Origin: Macrostomum lignano
Taxonomy: Eukaryota
Direction of reading: 5' to 3'
DNA: 64,000 nucleotides
NCBI GenBank assembly: GCA_002269645.1
Contig: NIVC01000428.1
Span: forward strand, 62,001-126,000
Below the pieces are notes generated by a model. That model saw nothing but the letters and a program-made list of their open reading frames with translations, had not been told where the DNA came from and made no database searches. The translations under genes and the position numbers were made by a program. Position 1 is the stretch's first letter. Each line of letters opens with the position of its first letter. This document shows positions 49,963 to 62,627 of the stretch, in pieces.

Positions 49963-50646
49963 CCTGTAATGAACTGAAAATTGAACAATGAATCTCCACA
50001 TTTTTATCCCGAATTTGTGGCACAAAGTGTTTCTGCACTAAACTCATGTCTAGCCAGTGGAAGTTTATTAACTTTTTATCTGCCATGTGGCTAAAATACG
50101 AATTTAGCTCAACAAACATATTGTAGTTGGGCGTCCACCTTTAGATGCTCCCCTATTCCGAGGCGGCACGTGCCAGATAAGATTAGAGATAAGAATAGCG
50201 CTCTTCAGCTCCCCCTGTCTCCACGATTAATTAGGTGCCACTTGCCCCGTCCGTTCCGCTGTCTCTGGCTGACACCTGCGCCCGCCAGGATGCGTTCTGT
50301 CAGCTTTCAAAATTTAAATATCAGATTTTGGATTCTAGTGACGAGGGAATGATGTTTTATGATATAAATGTATGAGCTACTTGGGATATTCTGGGAGAGT
50401 GCACTTTGTCTCGTGCTTTATCTTTCCGTTGCTGAACTGTCAGTAAGTCAGCCTGTCAGGCAACCAATCACAAGGTCAGTCAGTCAGCCATTCGGTTAGA
50501 CAGTCAGTCAGTCAGTCAGTCAGTCAGTCAGTCAATCAATCAATCAGTCAGTCAGTCAGTCAGACAGTCAGTCAGACAGTCAGTCAGTCAGTCAGTCAGC
50601 CAATCAGTCAGTAAGTCAGTCAGACAACCAATCAAAAGGTCAATCA

Positions 50647-50683
<37 letters not shown>

Positions 50684-50704
50684 ACAAACAAACAAGGTCA
50701 ATCA

Positions 50705-50741
<37 letters not shown>

Positions 50742-50773
50742 ACAAACAAACAAGAAGGTCAATCAGTCAGTCA

Positions 50774-50810
<37 letters not shown>

Positions 50811-50900
50811 ACAAACAAACAAGAAGGTCAATCAGTCAGTCAATCAGTCAGTCAGTCAGTCAGTCAGTCAGACAAACAAACAAGGTCAATCAGTCAGTCA

Positions 50901-50937
<37 letters not shown>

Positions 50938-52135
50938 ACAAACAAACAAGAAAGTCAATCAGTCAGACAGTCAGTCGGTCAGTCGGTCAGTCAGTCAGTC
51001 AGTCAGTCGGTCAGTCAGTCAGTCAGTCAGTCGGTCAGTCAGTCAGTCAGTCAGTCAGTCAGTCAGTCAGTCAGTCAGACAGTCAGTCAGTCGGCCAGTT
51101 TTATTAACCTCTGCTGCCCAAGGCTTGAAAGCGAGAGAAATTACACTGAAATGCGTTAGGTGGAAGACCCGCAGTCAGTGCCAAAGTGCGGCAACTTTTT
51201 CAGGCTTCATCGGGCTCGGAGAGGAGGCTGCTGCTTGAGTCTCCGAGTATCAAACAGAACTTTTCAGCAGTCTCTGCTCTTCTTTATCAGAAGGGGGAGA
51301 AGCGCCGCCTATTTCTGGCCGAAGCGAGTCGCAGCTGTCACTCTCTACTATAGTTTCCTTGTTAATGATGCTGCAATGATGTCGCATTACCTATGAGCTT
51401 CTATAGTAGAATAAACTGTGAGAAAAGATTCCTTGGATCCGAAGTACTTTAGTGCGTTTTAAGTTGTCTGCGTTATTCTGCAAAGAATACGAAACAAAAA
51501 GTTTAAAAAATAAGTGGATTGAGCCCTCTGGCCTAATGGTAAGTACCTGTCTGTGCGGCGCTCAATCGTAAGTCTTTTGAAGGCCGAATGAATAACTAAC
51601 AAAATCACTCCCAAGAAACCTAACAAGAGTTATTATTTCATTTGTGCTCATTTCTTCTTTCGAAGATGAGTTCCTTTGTACTAAAGAATCTACTAGTAAG
51701 AGTTGATTGATTGTTGAAAGTGCTAGCAAGTGAGCCTGTTTCTCTATAAGAATAGCTGCCATTTGATGCGTGCTCAACCGGCCAGTGAGCAGCCAGTCTG
51801 AGATCGAATGTTTTTAAAAGCTATTCAAATTTTTTGAGATGCAATTTGTGTAGGTCACATTTCAGTAATTAAATCCATGCATTACATTTTAACAGAGCCA
51901 ATGCAGCCACATGGTGGCCTGCTCCGCAGCCAATCAGATTGAGTCGCTGCCCATAGCTCTTAGACAAATGCAAGAGCAGCCTCCGCCCACGCACTGCCGC
52001 CCCACCCCCCAAGCCCAGCTCATAAAAGTCTCCACAGGAGTCGAGCTGCTGTGCCCCGTCCCAAGGAGGAAATTTCAGAGTCCTAACGAGAACAGTCCAG
52101 GTAAATCATTCAAGAACTGCTATTGCTGCTGCGGG

Positions 52136-52447
52136 ATGTCCAGCAGAGCTGCCCCTACCGCCGTCTGCGACTCGAAGAAGCCGTTGCTGCCGCTGTTGCT
52201 GCTGCCGCTGCTGCTGCTGGTGACCGGCGGCGCTAAAGCGGCGCCTCTGCAGTTTTCGGCGCTGTCGGAGGCGCCAGCCCGTGACGTCACCCATGAAGTC
52301 AGCGTCAGAGCTGTCGGCAAGCGCAGCGGCTGGCTGGTGCAAGTGCGAGACAAGGTGCTGCTGTTCAGGTCGGAGAGGGACGCCAAGGCGTTCCTGAGCA
52401 GCCACTATCACCACCTGTGGGCTGTGAACCGGCCCCGGTTCGGCTGA
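52136..52447 (+). CDS. NPY/NPF-family precursor, second copy (intact)
   Basis: Inverted copy of 21132-21443 with N3S in the leader and G>S at the first mature residue. Confidence 0.8.
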   Translation: MSSRAAPTAVCDSKKPLLPLLLLPLLLLVTGGAKAAPLQFSALSEAPARDVTHEVSVRAVGKRSGWLVQVRDKVLLFRSERDAKAFLSSHYHHLWAVNRPRFG

Positions 52448-54051
52448 CGGCACCGGCCGGCCATTCTTGGCGCCATTTTTTGTTATCATTTTAAAGTCCT
52501 TTTGAGCTTGTAAAAATAATGGACAGACAGCTTGTACCAAGCGATGCGGAGTTGCTCCAATGGCAACAGCTAATTGTTTAGCTGTCTCTACTTATTAATA
52601 AATATATGCTACCATTGAAGTCCCACTTGCCGCGGTGCATTGGGGAAAATATATAAATAATCTGTTATCCTCTGTAGGCTTCCTGAATTATGAACTCGTG
52701 TGTTGTGTGTGGCGGTGCACCGTAAATGACATCAATAAATTGGCACGACTTATTATTACTATAAACAGAATGCCGAATGAAAATAGGATGCCCGGATATA
52801 GCCGAGATAAATTGGGTCTTGGGGTGGCACTTAGTATAGCCTGGATTGGATCGCTGGGAGTGATTAAGGGAGTGAAATTCACTCAGGTTGGTGAATATGG
52901 AGTGACTCAGGTTGGTGAATATGGAGTGACTCAGGTTGGTGAATATGGAGTGACTCAGGTTGGTGAATATGGAGTGACTCAGGTTGGTGAATATGGAGTG
53001 ACTCAGGTTGGTGAATATGGAGTGACTCAGGTTGGTGAATATGGAGTGACTCAGGTTGGTTAATATGGAGTGACACAGGTTGGTGAATATGGAGTGACAC
53101 ATTTTGGTGAATGAACTGACACATTTTGGTGAATGAACTAACACAAATCGGTGAATGAATTGACACAGGTTGTTGAATGAATTGACACAGGTTGGTGAAT
53201 GAACTTACACAGGTTGGTGAATGAATTGACACACGTTGGTGAATTAACTGACACAGGTTGGTGAATGAACTGACACAGGTTGGTAAATGAACTTACACAG
53301 GTTGGTGAATATTGAGTGACACAGGTTGGTGAATGAATTGATACAGGTTGGTGAATGAATTGACACAGGTTGGTGAATGAACTTACACAGGTTAATGAAT
53401 ATTGAGTGACATAGGTTGGTGAATGAATTGACACAGGTTGGTGAATGAACTTACACAGATTGGTGAATGAACTGACACAGGTTGGTGAATGAACTTACAC
53501 AGGTTGGTGAATATTGAGTGACACAGGTTGGTGAATGAATTGATACAGGTTGGTGAATGAACTTACACAGGTTGGTGAATATTGAGTGACACAGGTTGGT
53601 GAATGAATTGACACAGGTTGGTGAATGAACTTACACAGGTTGGTGAATATTGAGTGACACAGGTTGGTGAATGAATTGACACAGGTTGGTGAATGAACTG
53701 ACACGAATTAGTGAATGAACTGACACAAATCGGTGAATGATTTGGCCCATATTTTGGTGAATATGAATTGATTCTTAATCGAAACTCACTGATCTCCGAA
53801 TTTACATAATCGGGTGTATTTTTTAATTTAAGAGAGCAACAGATCCTATCAATGTCAGCGGCCAAGAACCCAATTTTCCGAGAATCACTCGCGCAAAAAT
53901 GACAACCAAATCAGCTCTGTGATGAAGCGAATGAATCGTCAATCCGGATGCAAAAACCGAAACGAAATGATTCTCTTCCCTCTTCGATACAAGATGTGCG
54001 ACAAATGAGCAACCTGTGGAGTGTGCTGGGTGTACAGTACCCGTTGCCTCA

Positions 54052-54233
54052 CTAGCAGTTGTCCGCCTGGCACCGCGGCTGGCCAACGAGGCTGTCGGAG
54101 AGGGCGCAGCTGCACCGCTGGCAGAGCGGCCGCTCCAGTCGGGTCTGCAGCCATGCGAAAATTCGCCGACTGATTTTCACGCTGTGGGACCGGCTCGCTG
54201 CGAATCTGTCAAGGTGCCACACAGTGCCGCTGG
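54052..54233 (-). pseudogene. Duplicate apolipophorin-like terminal exon (ends one codon earlier, CAG>TAG)
   Basis: Inverted copy of 19858-20042. Confidence 0.75.
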
Positions 54234-55478
54234 CTGCGGGTGGGCAGGTGCGGGAGGAGCAGCTGCTGTCATTTCCTCTGCGGCTCTGCCACCCTCTGCC
54301 ACCCTCTGCCACCCTCTGCCACCCTCTGCCACCCTCTGCCACCCTCTGCCACCCTCTGCCACCCTCTGCCACCCTCTGCCACCTTCTGCCACCTTCTGCC
54401 ACCTTCTGCCACCCTCTGCCACCCTCTGCCACCCTCTACCACCCCTGACCCTCTGCCACCCTCTGCCACCCCTGACCCTCTGCCACCCCTGACCCTCTGC
54501 CACCCTCTACCACCCCTGACCCTCTGCCACCCTCTGCCACCCTCTGCCACCCTCTGCCACCCTCTGCGACCTTCTGCCACCCTCTGCCACCCTCTGCGAC
54601 CTTCTGCCACCCTCTGCCACCCTCTGCCACCCTCTGCCACTCTCTGCCACCCTCTGCCACCTTCTGCCACCTTCTGCCACCCTCTGCCACCCTCTGCGAC
54701 CTTCTGCCACCCTCTGCCACCCTTCTGCCACCCTCTGCCACCCTCTGCCACCCTCTGCCACCCTTTGCCACCCTTTGCCACCCTCTGCGACCTTCTGCCA
54801 CCCTCTGCCACCCTCTGCCACCCTCTGCCACCCTCTGCCACCCTCTGCCACCCTCTGCCACCCTCTGCCACCCTCTGCCACCCTCTGCCACCCTCTGCCA
54901 CCCTCTGCGACCTTCTGCCACCCTCTGCCACCCTCTGCCACCTTCTGCCACCCTCTGCCACCCTCTGCCACCCTCTGCCAAACTCTGCCACCCTCTGCCA
55001 CCCTCTGCCACCCTCTGCCACCCTTCTGCCACCCTCTGCCACCCTCTGCCACCCTTTGCCACCCTCTGCCACCCCTGACCCTCTGCCACCCTGACCCTCT
55101 GCCACCTTCTGCCACCCTCTGCCACCCTCTGCCACCTTCTGCCGCCCTCTGCCACCCTTTGCCACCCCTGACCCTCTGCCACCCTCTGCTACCCTGACCC
55201 TCTGCCACCTTCTGCCACTCTCTGCCACCCTGACCCTCTGCCACCTCTGCCACTCTCTGCCACCCTGACCCTCTGCCACCTTCTGCCACCCTGACCCTCT
55301 GCCATCTCCTGACCCTCTGCCACCCACCATCAATCCTCTATATGACTCTTCATCAGCCACTCAATAAAACCTTCCCCAATCCCCTGTATGACTCAATCAC
55401 CTCTCTTTCTCTCCTTTTTCTTCTTGCTTCTCCCTCCCTCTCGCCATTTCTCAAGACAGCTGCCCCAATTCCCCTTGC

Positions 55479-55741
55479 CTTTGTTATGCGAGTCCATCGC
55501 CAGTTCGGAGCTGCAGTCGCCGCTGGGGTTCAGCGCCGTCAGGCTTCCGATTGGCTCGGCCCGCCTGTCCGAGTAGAAAACCTCCCTCCGGTCGTAGCCA
55601 ATCAGATTTTGCAGCCAATCATTGATGCGAGTCGGCCTTGGGATGCCTCGCTTGGTGAGAACGTGCAAAAAGATTTCGCTGCTAACTACTTTGAATGCTT
55701 TGTCGAATGCTCTGGCGTAGTCCCAGGATCGGGCAGTGCAC
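55479..55741 (-). pseudogene. Duplicate apolipophorin-like penultimate exon, GC donor retained
   Basis: Inverted copy of 18435-18697, same length (263 bp). Confidence 0.75.
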
Positions 55742-56335
55742 CTGCGAGGTTGGAGAATACGAGTATGGGGTTCAAATAGGGTGGGGTGAGGGTAGAAATA
55801 GGGGTTGCTCTTTATATGGGCAGAAGTTGTGGTGGCTGTCTGTAAGGGTAGGAATTGAAGTTACTGTCTATGGGGGTAGGAATTGGGGTGGCTGTCTATG
55901 GGGGTAGGAATTGGGGTGGCTGTCTATGGGGTAGGCAGGGTGGCTGTCTATGGTGAAGGAATCGGGGTGGCTGTCTATGGGGGTAGGAATTGGGTGGCTT
56001 ACTATGGGGGTAGGAATTGGGTGGCTGACTATGGGGTAGGAATTGGGGTGGCTGTCTATGGGGTAGGAATTGGGGTGGCTGACTATGGGGGTAGGAATTG
56101 GGGTGGCTGTCTATGGGGGTAGGAATTGGGTGGCTGACTATGGGGGTAGGAATTGGGGTGGCTGTCTATGGGGGTAGGAATTGGGTGGCTGACTATGGGG
56201 GTAGGAATTGGGTGGCTGACTATGGGGGTAGGAATTGGGTGGCTGACTATGGGGGTACGAATTGGGGTGGCTGTCTATGGGGGTAGGAATTGGGGTGGTT
56301 TTTTATGGGAGTTTTAAGTAGGCGACGTCACTCAC

Positions 56336-56612
56336 GTCTGACACGAGAAGAGGAAGATATGCTTCTGCGCCAGAGGCTCCCATGCGTACTGAGTCTGCAG
56401 CGCCACTAGCGCTTTGAGTACGTCGAACTGGTGCACTGAGGTGCCGTTCAGTCGGACTTTCACTAGGCCGGCGTTGAGGTTGGCGAGGTTGCCAAACCGA
56501 CGGCTGGTGTCGTGAATTGGATGCGCCGTCAGCACCGGCTCGCCTTGGCCGCCGAAATGAGCTAGGCCGAACTCCACGGACTTCAGGTCAGGATAGGACA
56601 TATTCAGCCGGT
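56336..56612 (-). pseudogene. Duplicate apolipophorin-like exon
   Basis: Inverted copy of 17443-17719, same length (277 bp). Confidence 0.78.
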
Positions 56613-57317
56613 CTGGGAGGTTTGGTAGTTGGGTTCAGTTGAGAGTAGGTGAACAGGTAACAGGTGAGAGTAGAAAATGAGGTGGGTGGGTAACAGGTGA
56701 GAGTAGAAAATGAGCTGGGTGGGTAACAGGTGAGAGTAGGAAATGAGGTGGGTGGGTAACAGGTGAGAGTAGGAAATGAGGTGGGGTGGGTAACAGGTGA
56801 GAGTAGAAAATGAGGTGGGTGGATAGGATAGCAGGTGAGAGGTGGGTGGGTGTCCTGTTGTGTTGCTGTTGTGTCCAGCAATTTAATTTCTGCTTTAAAG
56901 AAAATCCAGTTACAAAGCTCCTATTTAGTAAAGTGATTCAACTTGCTCGTAAAAACACAATTGAAGTTCATTTTTTGTTTTTCAAAGCCGTTCTAAATAT
57001 TTTCTATTTTTACAGTTTCTGCTTTCAGACAAAGTCAGGATTCGCTTGTCTGTGTTTCTATGCCTATTAGAAAATTGGCACTACTAATATTTGGGATTGG
57101 AGCGACAGCAATATTTCTTAGAAAACAAAAGCCAACCCAACTCGAGTGCCTTTGCACTGACTCTGCAATTTGAGTCTAATTCAAGTCTAATTTTAGCAAT
57201 CAGTTTTGCAATTTAAGCAATCGCAATCTTCATGTAGCCAAGGGGTTCCTGAGCACATTTGGCTTTTTTCATTTTTGCGGCTTTGCAGAAAAATCTCTCT
57301 CTCTCCCCTAGCGATAA

Positions 57318-57435
<118 letters not shown>

Positions 57436-58155
57436 GAGAGTGGGTGTGAGAGAGGGTATGAGAAGGAAAATTTAAGAAAAGGTGGTATTGAGAGGGTGGA
57501 AGACAATGAGAGAATGCAAGAGAAAGCACGAGAAAGGATGTGAAGAGGGTGTGAAGAGGGTGTGTGAGGAGGGTTTGTGAGAGAGTGTGTGAGAGGGTGT
57601 GTGAGAGGGTGTGTGAGAGGGTGTGTGAGGAGGGTTTGTGAGAGAGTGTGTGAGAGGGTGTGTGAGAGAGTGTGTGAGAGGGTGTGTGAGAGGGTGTGTA
57701 AGAGGGTGTGTGAGAGAGTGTGTGAGAGGGTGTGTGAGAGAGTGTGTGAGAGGGTGTGTGAGAGGGTGTGTAAGAGGGTGTGTGAGAGAGTGTGTGAGAG
57801 GGTGTGTGAGAGGGTGTGTGAGAGGGTGTGTGAGAGAGTGTGAAAGAGAGGGTGAGAGAGAGTGTGAGAGAGAGTGAGAGAGGGGAGAGAGAGGGTGTGA
57901 CAGAGGGTGTGAGAGAGAATGTGTGTGAGGGTATAAGAGAAGGTGTGAGAGAGAGGGTGTGAGAGATATGAGAGTGGTTGTAATAGGGGTGTGAGAGAGG
58001 GTGCGTGAGAGGGTATGAGTGTTGTATATTAGCAGAGAAGACACAGAGTATGCCCCCAGCCCGTACATGCATGCCGTACAAAGAACAAGGCAAAAGAGTC
58101 TGGAAGTGGCAGGTCGAAGCGATTCAACTCTTCAAAACGTGGGAAGTCCGGTAAG

Positions 58156-58575
58156 GTGCATTACGCACGGAATTTCGACAGTGAGTCAGAAAGTGAGGGT
58201 TCGGACTGCAGTGGTCGAGACAAGCATTCCGAGATCAGGACTGTGTTTGCTACAGGAATGGCTGGCTTTAGTGGATCAGCACCGTATATGTGCGAGTTAA
58301 ATATAAATGGGCATTTTGTAAATTTCCAACTGGATACTGGCGCAGACAAGACCCTTATTAACGAAAATACTGGCAAGAAAATTGGCTTAAGGTGGTCTAA
58401 ATCTAATGTTAGACTGTCAAGTTACACAGATCATCTCATACCAGTTCTGGGCGAAGCTACTGTTACCGTAACTAACTATCAGGAAAGACAGTATCAACTA
58501 ACTGCGCTTGTTGTGAAGGGAGACAGAGTGAATATTCTAGGTCGGGACTGGCTCTCTTCGTTGAAAATTGACTAG
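58156..58575 (+). pseudogene. Gag tail and aspartic protease
   Basis: FQLDTGADKTLI and ILGRDWL motifs; ends at an in-frame TAG where Trp is expected (KID*SK). Confidence 0.88.
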
Positions 58576-58590
58576 AGCAAGTTTGCCCAT

Positions 58591-59343
58591 GTGGAAACAA
58601 CAACGTTGGTTCCACCTATCGAGCGGTTAATGAAGAAGTATGATCAAGTGTTTGCTGAAAGCCTTGGCACTATCAAAGGGCTAAAGGCCAGAATACTGTT
58701 GAAAGAAAACTTCATTCCAAAGTTTTGCAAGAGTCGACCGGTGCCGTTTGCGATCAAAAGCCTCATTGAAGTGGAGCTGGCGAATTTGCAAGCTCAAGGC
58801 ATAATAAAAAAAGTGAGCGCATCAGACTTTGCATCTCCGATTGTCCCAGTTTTGAAGCGCGATGGAAAATCCGTAAGGATTTGCGCTGATTTCAAGAGAA
58901 CCTTTAATCCCCAATTGGAAGTTGACAAGTACCCTCTGCCGAAACCGGAAGAAATTTTCGCAACTCTGAATGGTGAAAGAGTCTTCTCGAAATTGGATAT
59001 TTCGCAAGCGTTTTTACAACTGGAACTGGAGGATTCGTGCAAAAAGTTCGCTACAATTAACACACATCTGGGTTTGTTCCAATACGAGCGACTAACAATG
59101 GGTCTGGCATCAGCCCCTGCGCAATTTCAAGAAGCGATGGAAAAAATTTAACAAGGCTTGGAAGTAGTTGTCTATATAGACGACATTCTTGTATCCGGCA
59201 GTTGTTTGGAAGACCACGACAAAAGGTTGGAAGCTGTATTAGAACGTCTTTTAGCTCACGGTGTGCATTTGAATAGGAAAAAGTGTGAATTCCACCTAAA
59301 CAGAATTGAATTCTTGGGCTATGTTATCGATGAATCGGGAATC
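58591..59343 (+). pseudogene. Reverse transcriptase, N-terminal part
   Basis: PIVPVLK, RICADFK, FSKLDISQAFLQ, MGLASAPAQFQ, VYIDDILV; in-frame TAA at 59149-59151; interrupted at about 59343. Confidence 0.92.
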
Positions 59344-59358
59344 CCATCCTCGTCGCCA
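59339..59358 (-). promoter_or_regulatory. Primer-binding site complementary to the tRNA-Ser(GCU) 3' end, within the inverted segment
   Basis: Plus strand GAATCCCATCCTCGTCGCCA matches the conserved metazoan tRNA-Ser(GCU) 3' end plus CCA as recalled; 1 nt from the LTR end. Confidence 0.8.
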
Positions 59359-59359
59359 T

Positions 59360-59574
59360 TGTTATGTCTTCTTCTCCGACGTGGAGCTGCTACATTTAAG
59401 TAAGAAGACAATGGTTCGCTTAAGCGGTTCGAGCTATCGTTTTGCTCCGGTTGATACAAACTCCTCTTGGGATTCATCTCGTAACTACTTTATTATAAAA
59501 TAATAGGTTGTGCCCTAGACAACAAAACATTGGGCTGGGGGCATACTCTGTGTCTTCTCTGCTAATATACAACA
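59360..59574 (-). mobile_element. Complete 215-bp LTR in inverted orientation inside RT
   Basis: Reverse complement of 61910-62124, followed by CTCAT (TSD) and about 190 bp of inverted left flank. Confidence 0.92.
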
Positions 59575-59787
59575 CTCATACCCTCTCACGCACCCTCTCT
59601 CACACCCCTATTACAACCACTCTCATATCTCTCACACCCTCTCTCTCACACCTTCTCTTATACCCTCACACACATTCTCTCTCACACCCTCTGTCACACC
59701 CTCTCTCTCCCCTCTCTCACCCTCTCTCACACTCTCTCTCACCCTCTCTTTCACACTCTCTCACGCACCCTCCTCGCACGCACGCAC

Positions 59788-61864
59788 CCATCCCTCGAAA
59801 GAGAAAGTTCGGGCAATTCATGAAGCTCCAACACCAACTAACGTGTCAGAGGTTCGTTCTTTGATAGGGATGAGCAGCCATTATGGAAAGTTTATTCCAA
59901 ACCTATCATCAATACTGGTACCTCTCAACAGACTGTTGCACAAAGACGCAGAGTTTCATTGGAGTGAGGCGTGTTCGGCAGCATTCGAGAAAGTGAAGGC
60001 AACTCTAACTTCTGAGCGTGTTCTGGCTCATTTTGATCCTAAGAAGCAGCTTGTGTTGCAAACGGACGCCTCCAAATATGGAATCGGGTGTGTCATCTCA
60101 CATTTGATGCCGAATGGCGAGGAAAGGCCTGTAGCGTTTGCTTCGAGAACTCTAACAAAACCTGAGATTAACTACTCTCAACTAGAGAAAGAAGCGCTGG
60201 CCATCGTCTTCGGAGTTAAAAGATTTCACCAATATCTTTTTGGACATCATTTTATACTAGTGACTGACCATAAACCCCTACTGACCATTTTTGGAGATAA
60301 GAAGGACATTCCGAGCATAGCAGCAAGCAGACTTCAGCGCTGGGCCGTGTTGCTTTCTGCCCATCAGTATACCATCAAATTCAGAAGAACAGAGGATCAT
60401 TCGAATGCTGACGCACTTTCACGTCTCCCAGTGCCTGGTAATATCAGCAAGGTTGATCGTGTCTTGGAGGTCAGGCTAGAAATGCTACCAGTCAACGCAG
60501 AAACAATACGAACCGAGACACAGAAAGATTCACAGCTTCAGAGAGTTGTTCGATACTGTCAAAATGATTGGCCAGAGACCTGTGAGCAAGAGCTGGAACA
60601 GTTCTTCAGGAAGCGGAACGAGTTGTGCATTGAGCAAGGTGTGCTGTTTTGGGGAGTAAGAGTCATTATTCCAAGAAGCGTACAACAGCTTGTGTTAGAA
60701 CTGCTTCATGATGTACATCCAGGAATTGTTGCAATGAAATCCATAGCTAGACTGCATGTATGGTTCCCAGGAATCGACAAGGCTATAGAAGCCCTAGTCC
60801 GTAGTTGTGAAGGCTGTCAGCTGCAAAGGAATTTGCCTGCACAAGCACCAGTTCAACCTCTTGTCTGGCCAGAAAAGCCTTGGACTCGAATTCAACTGGA
60901 CTACATGGGACCATTCCATGGATACTACTGGCTTGTTATAGTCGATGCAACTAGTAAATGGGTTGAGATCTTTCCCATGAAGCACGCAACTACCAACAGG
61001 ACGATAGAATGTCTACAAGAAACGTTCGCACGATTTGGCATCCCACAGCAAGTGTTGAGTGACAATGGTAGCCAATTCTGCTCAGCTGAGTTCCGTACTT
61101 TCCTAGAGCGGAATAACATCCGACAGATTTTGACAGCTGTTGGACATCCGCGTACCAACAGACTTAGTGAAAGAATGGTGCAAACAGCAAAGTCTGCCAT
61201 CAAAGCAGGAGTTAAGACTCACAGTGATCCAATCTTGAGCATGCAGAACTTTCTGTTCCGCTACCGCAGCACACCTCATTCAACAACCGGTAGAACATCA
61301 GCAGAGATGATGTTATGCTACAGTCGCAGGACACGGTTGGATTTTCTCAAGCCGGATGCTTACTCAAGAGTGTTAAACAAGCAGACGGATGTCACTGAAC
61401 GACAAATAGAGAGAGGATAAACTATTCGAGAATTTCAGGACGGAGACTCAGTTCTGACGTTGGACTTCAGAAGGGAGCGAGAGAACAGGTGGATCTCTGC
61501 CAAGGTGATCGCCCGCACAGGACCGCTGTCCTATAGACTGTTGGTCAACGGACAAGTCTGGAAGCGACACATCGACCAAATTGTCAGTGCAGAATTACCT
61601 GGACAGAACAAGCCGGAGGCTCACCACCTACCGCCTATTCTGAAGGATCCTAGGAGAGTTCAGAGCGACAAAACTACCACCGAGAAAGAGCGGCGAGAGA
61701 GTGAATCAACTCAACCGGTCCAAGACGTGCCAAGCCGAGGAGAATCTCAGACAGCGGACACAGACCAGGATGACGCTGACCCTGGAGCAGAAGGCGTGGG
61801 CACAAGGATACTGAGGGATCGAAGCAAATTGAGAAAACCGGATTGGTTGCAATACAGTGAATAA
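59788..61864 (+). pseudogene. RT C-terminus, RNase H and integrase (HHCC, DDE, GPY/F)
   Basis: HPSKEKV...EVRSLIG, LQTDASKYGIG, YSQLEKEALA, TDHKPL, H..HPG...CEGC, LDYMGP, SDNGSQF, TGPLSY; in-frame TAA at 61418-61420. Confidence 0.93.
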
Positions 61865-61909
61865 TTCCGGATAACTGACAATGCAACTTTTTATTGACAA
61901 AAGGGGGAA

Positions 61910-62124
61910 TGTTGTATATTAGCAGAGAAGACACAGAGTATGCCCCCAGCCCAATGTTTTGTTGTCTAGGGCACAACCTATTATTTTATAATAAAGTAGT
62001 TACGAGATGAATCCCAAGAGGAGTTTGTATCAACCGGAGCAAAACGATAGCTCGAACCGCTTAAGCGAACCATTGTCTTCTTACTTAAATGTAGCAGCTC
62101 CACGTCGGAGAAGAAGACATAACA
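61910..62124 (+). mobile_element. 3' LTR (215 bp) preceded by the polypurine tract AAAAGGGGGAA
   Basis: TGTTG...ATAACA termini, AATAAA inside, PPT at about 61899-61909. Confidence 0.95.
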
Positions 62125-62627
62125 ATGAGAGAGGGTGTGAAAAAGGGTGTGAGAGAGGGAGTGAAAAAGGATTTGAAAAAAAGTGTGAAACAGGGTATTA
62201 GAGAAGATGTGAGAGGGTATGTGAGAGGGTGTGTGAGAGGGTGTGTGAGAGGTTGTGTGAAAGGTTGTGTGAGAGGGTGTGTGAGAGGGTGTGTGAGAGG
62301 GTGTGTGAGAGGTTGTGTGAGAGGTTGTGTGAGAGGGTGTGTGAGAGGGTGTGTGAGAGGGTGTGTGAGAGGTTGTGTGAGAGGTTGTGTGAGAGGGTGT
62401 GTCAGAGGGTGTGTGAGAGGGTGTGTGAGAGGGTGTGTGAGAGGGTGTGTGAAAGGTTGTGTGAGAGGGTGTGTGAGAGGGTGTGTGAGAGGGTGTGTGA
62501 GAGAGTGTGTGAGAGGGTGTGTGAGAGGGTGTGTGAGAGGGTGTGTGAGAGGGTATGAGAGGTGAGAGAGAGAGTGTCCGGGAGTTCGGAAGCCGCTGGA
62601 ATCCCCGGCCGCGAACCCCCGGCTCAC

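Larger units (their letters stand above)
58020..62124 (+). mobile_element. Ty3/Gypsy (Mag-like) LTR retrotransposon, internally deleted and rearranged, in an intron of the duplicate lipoprotein gene
   Basis: 5-bp TSD ATGAG (58015-58019 and 62125-62129); TGT...ACA termini; PR-RT-RH-IN domain order; the left arm lacks the element. Confidence 0.95.

Noticed and set aside
58573-58575. Stop-codon readthrough signal between protease and RT
   Set aside because: The position corresponds to a conserved Trp and further stops occur downstream, so it is a nonsense mutation
59339-59358. tRNA-Ser gene
   Set aside because: Only the 3' 20 nt including encoded CCA, adjacent to an LTR; this is a primer-binding site with no cloverleaf
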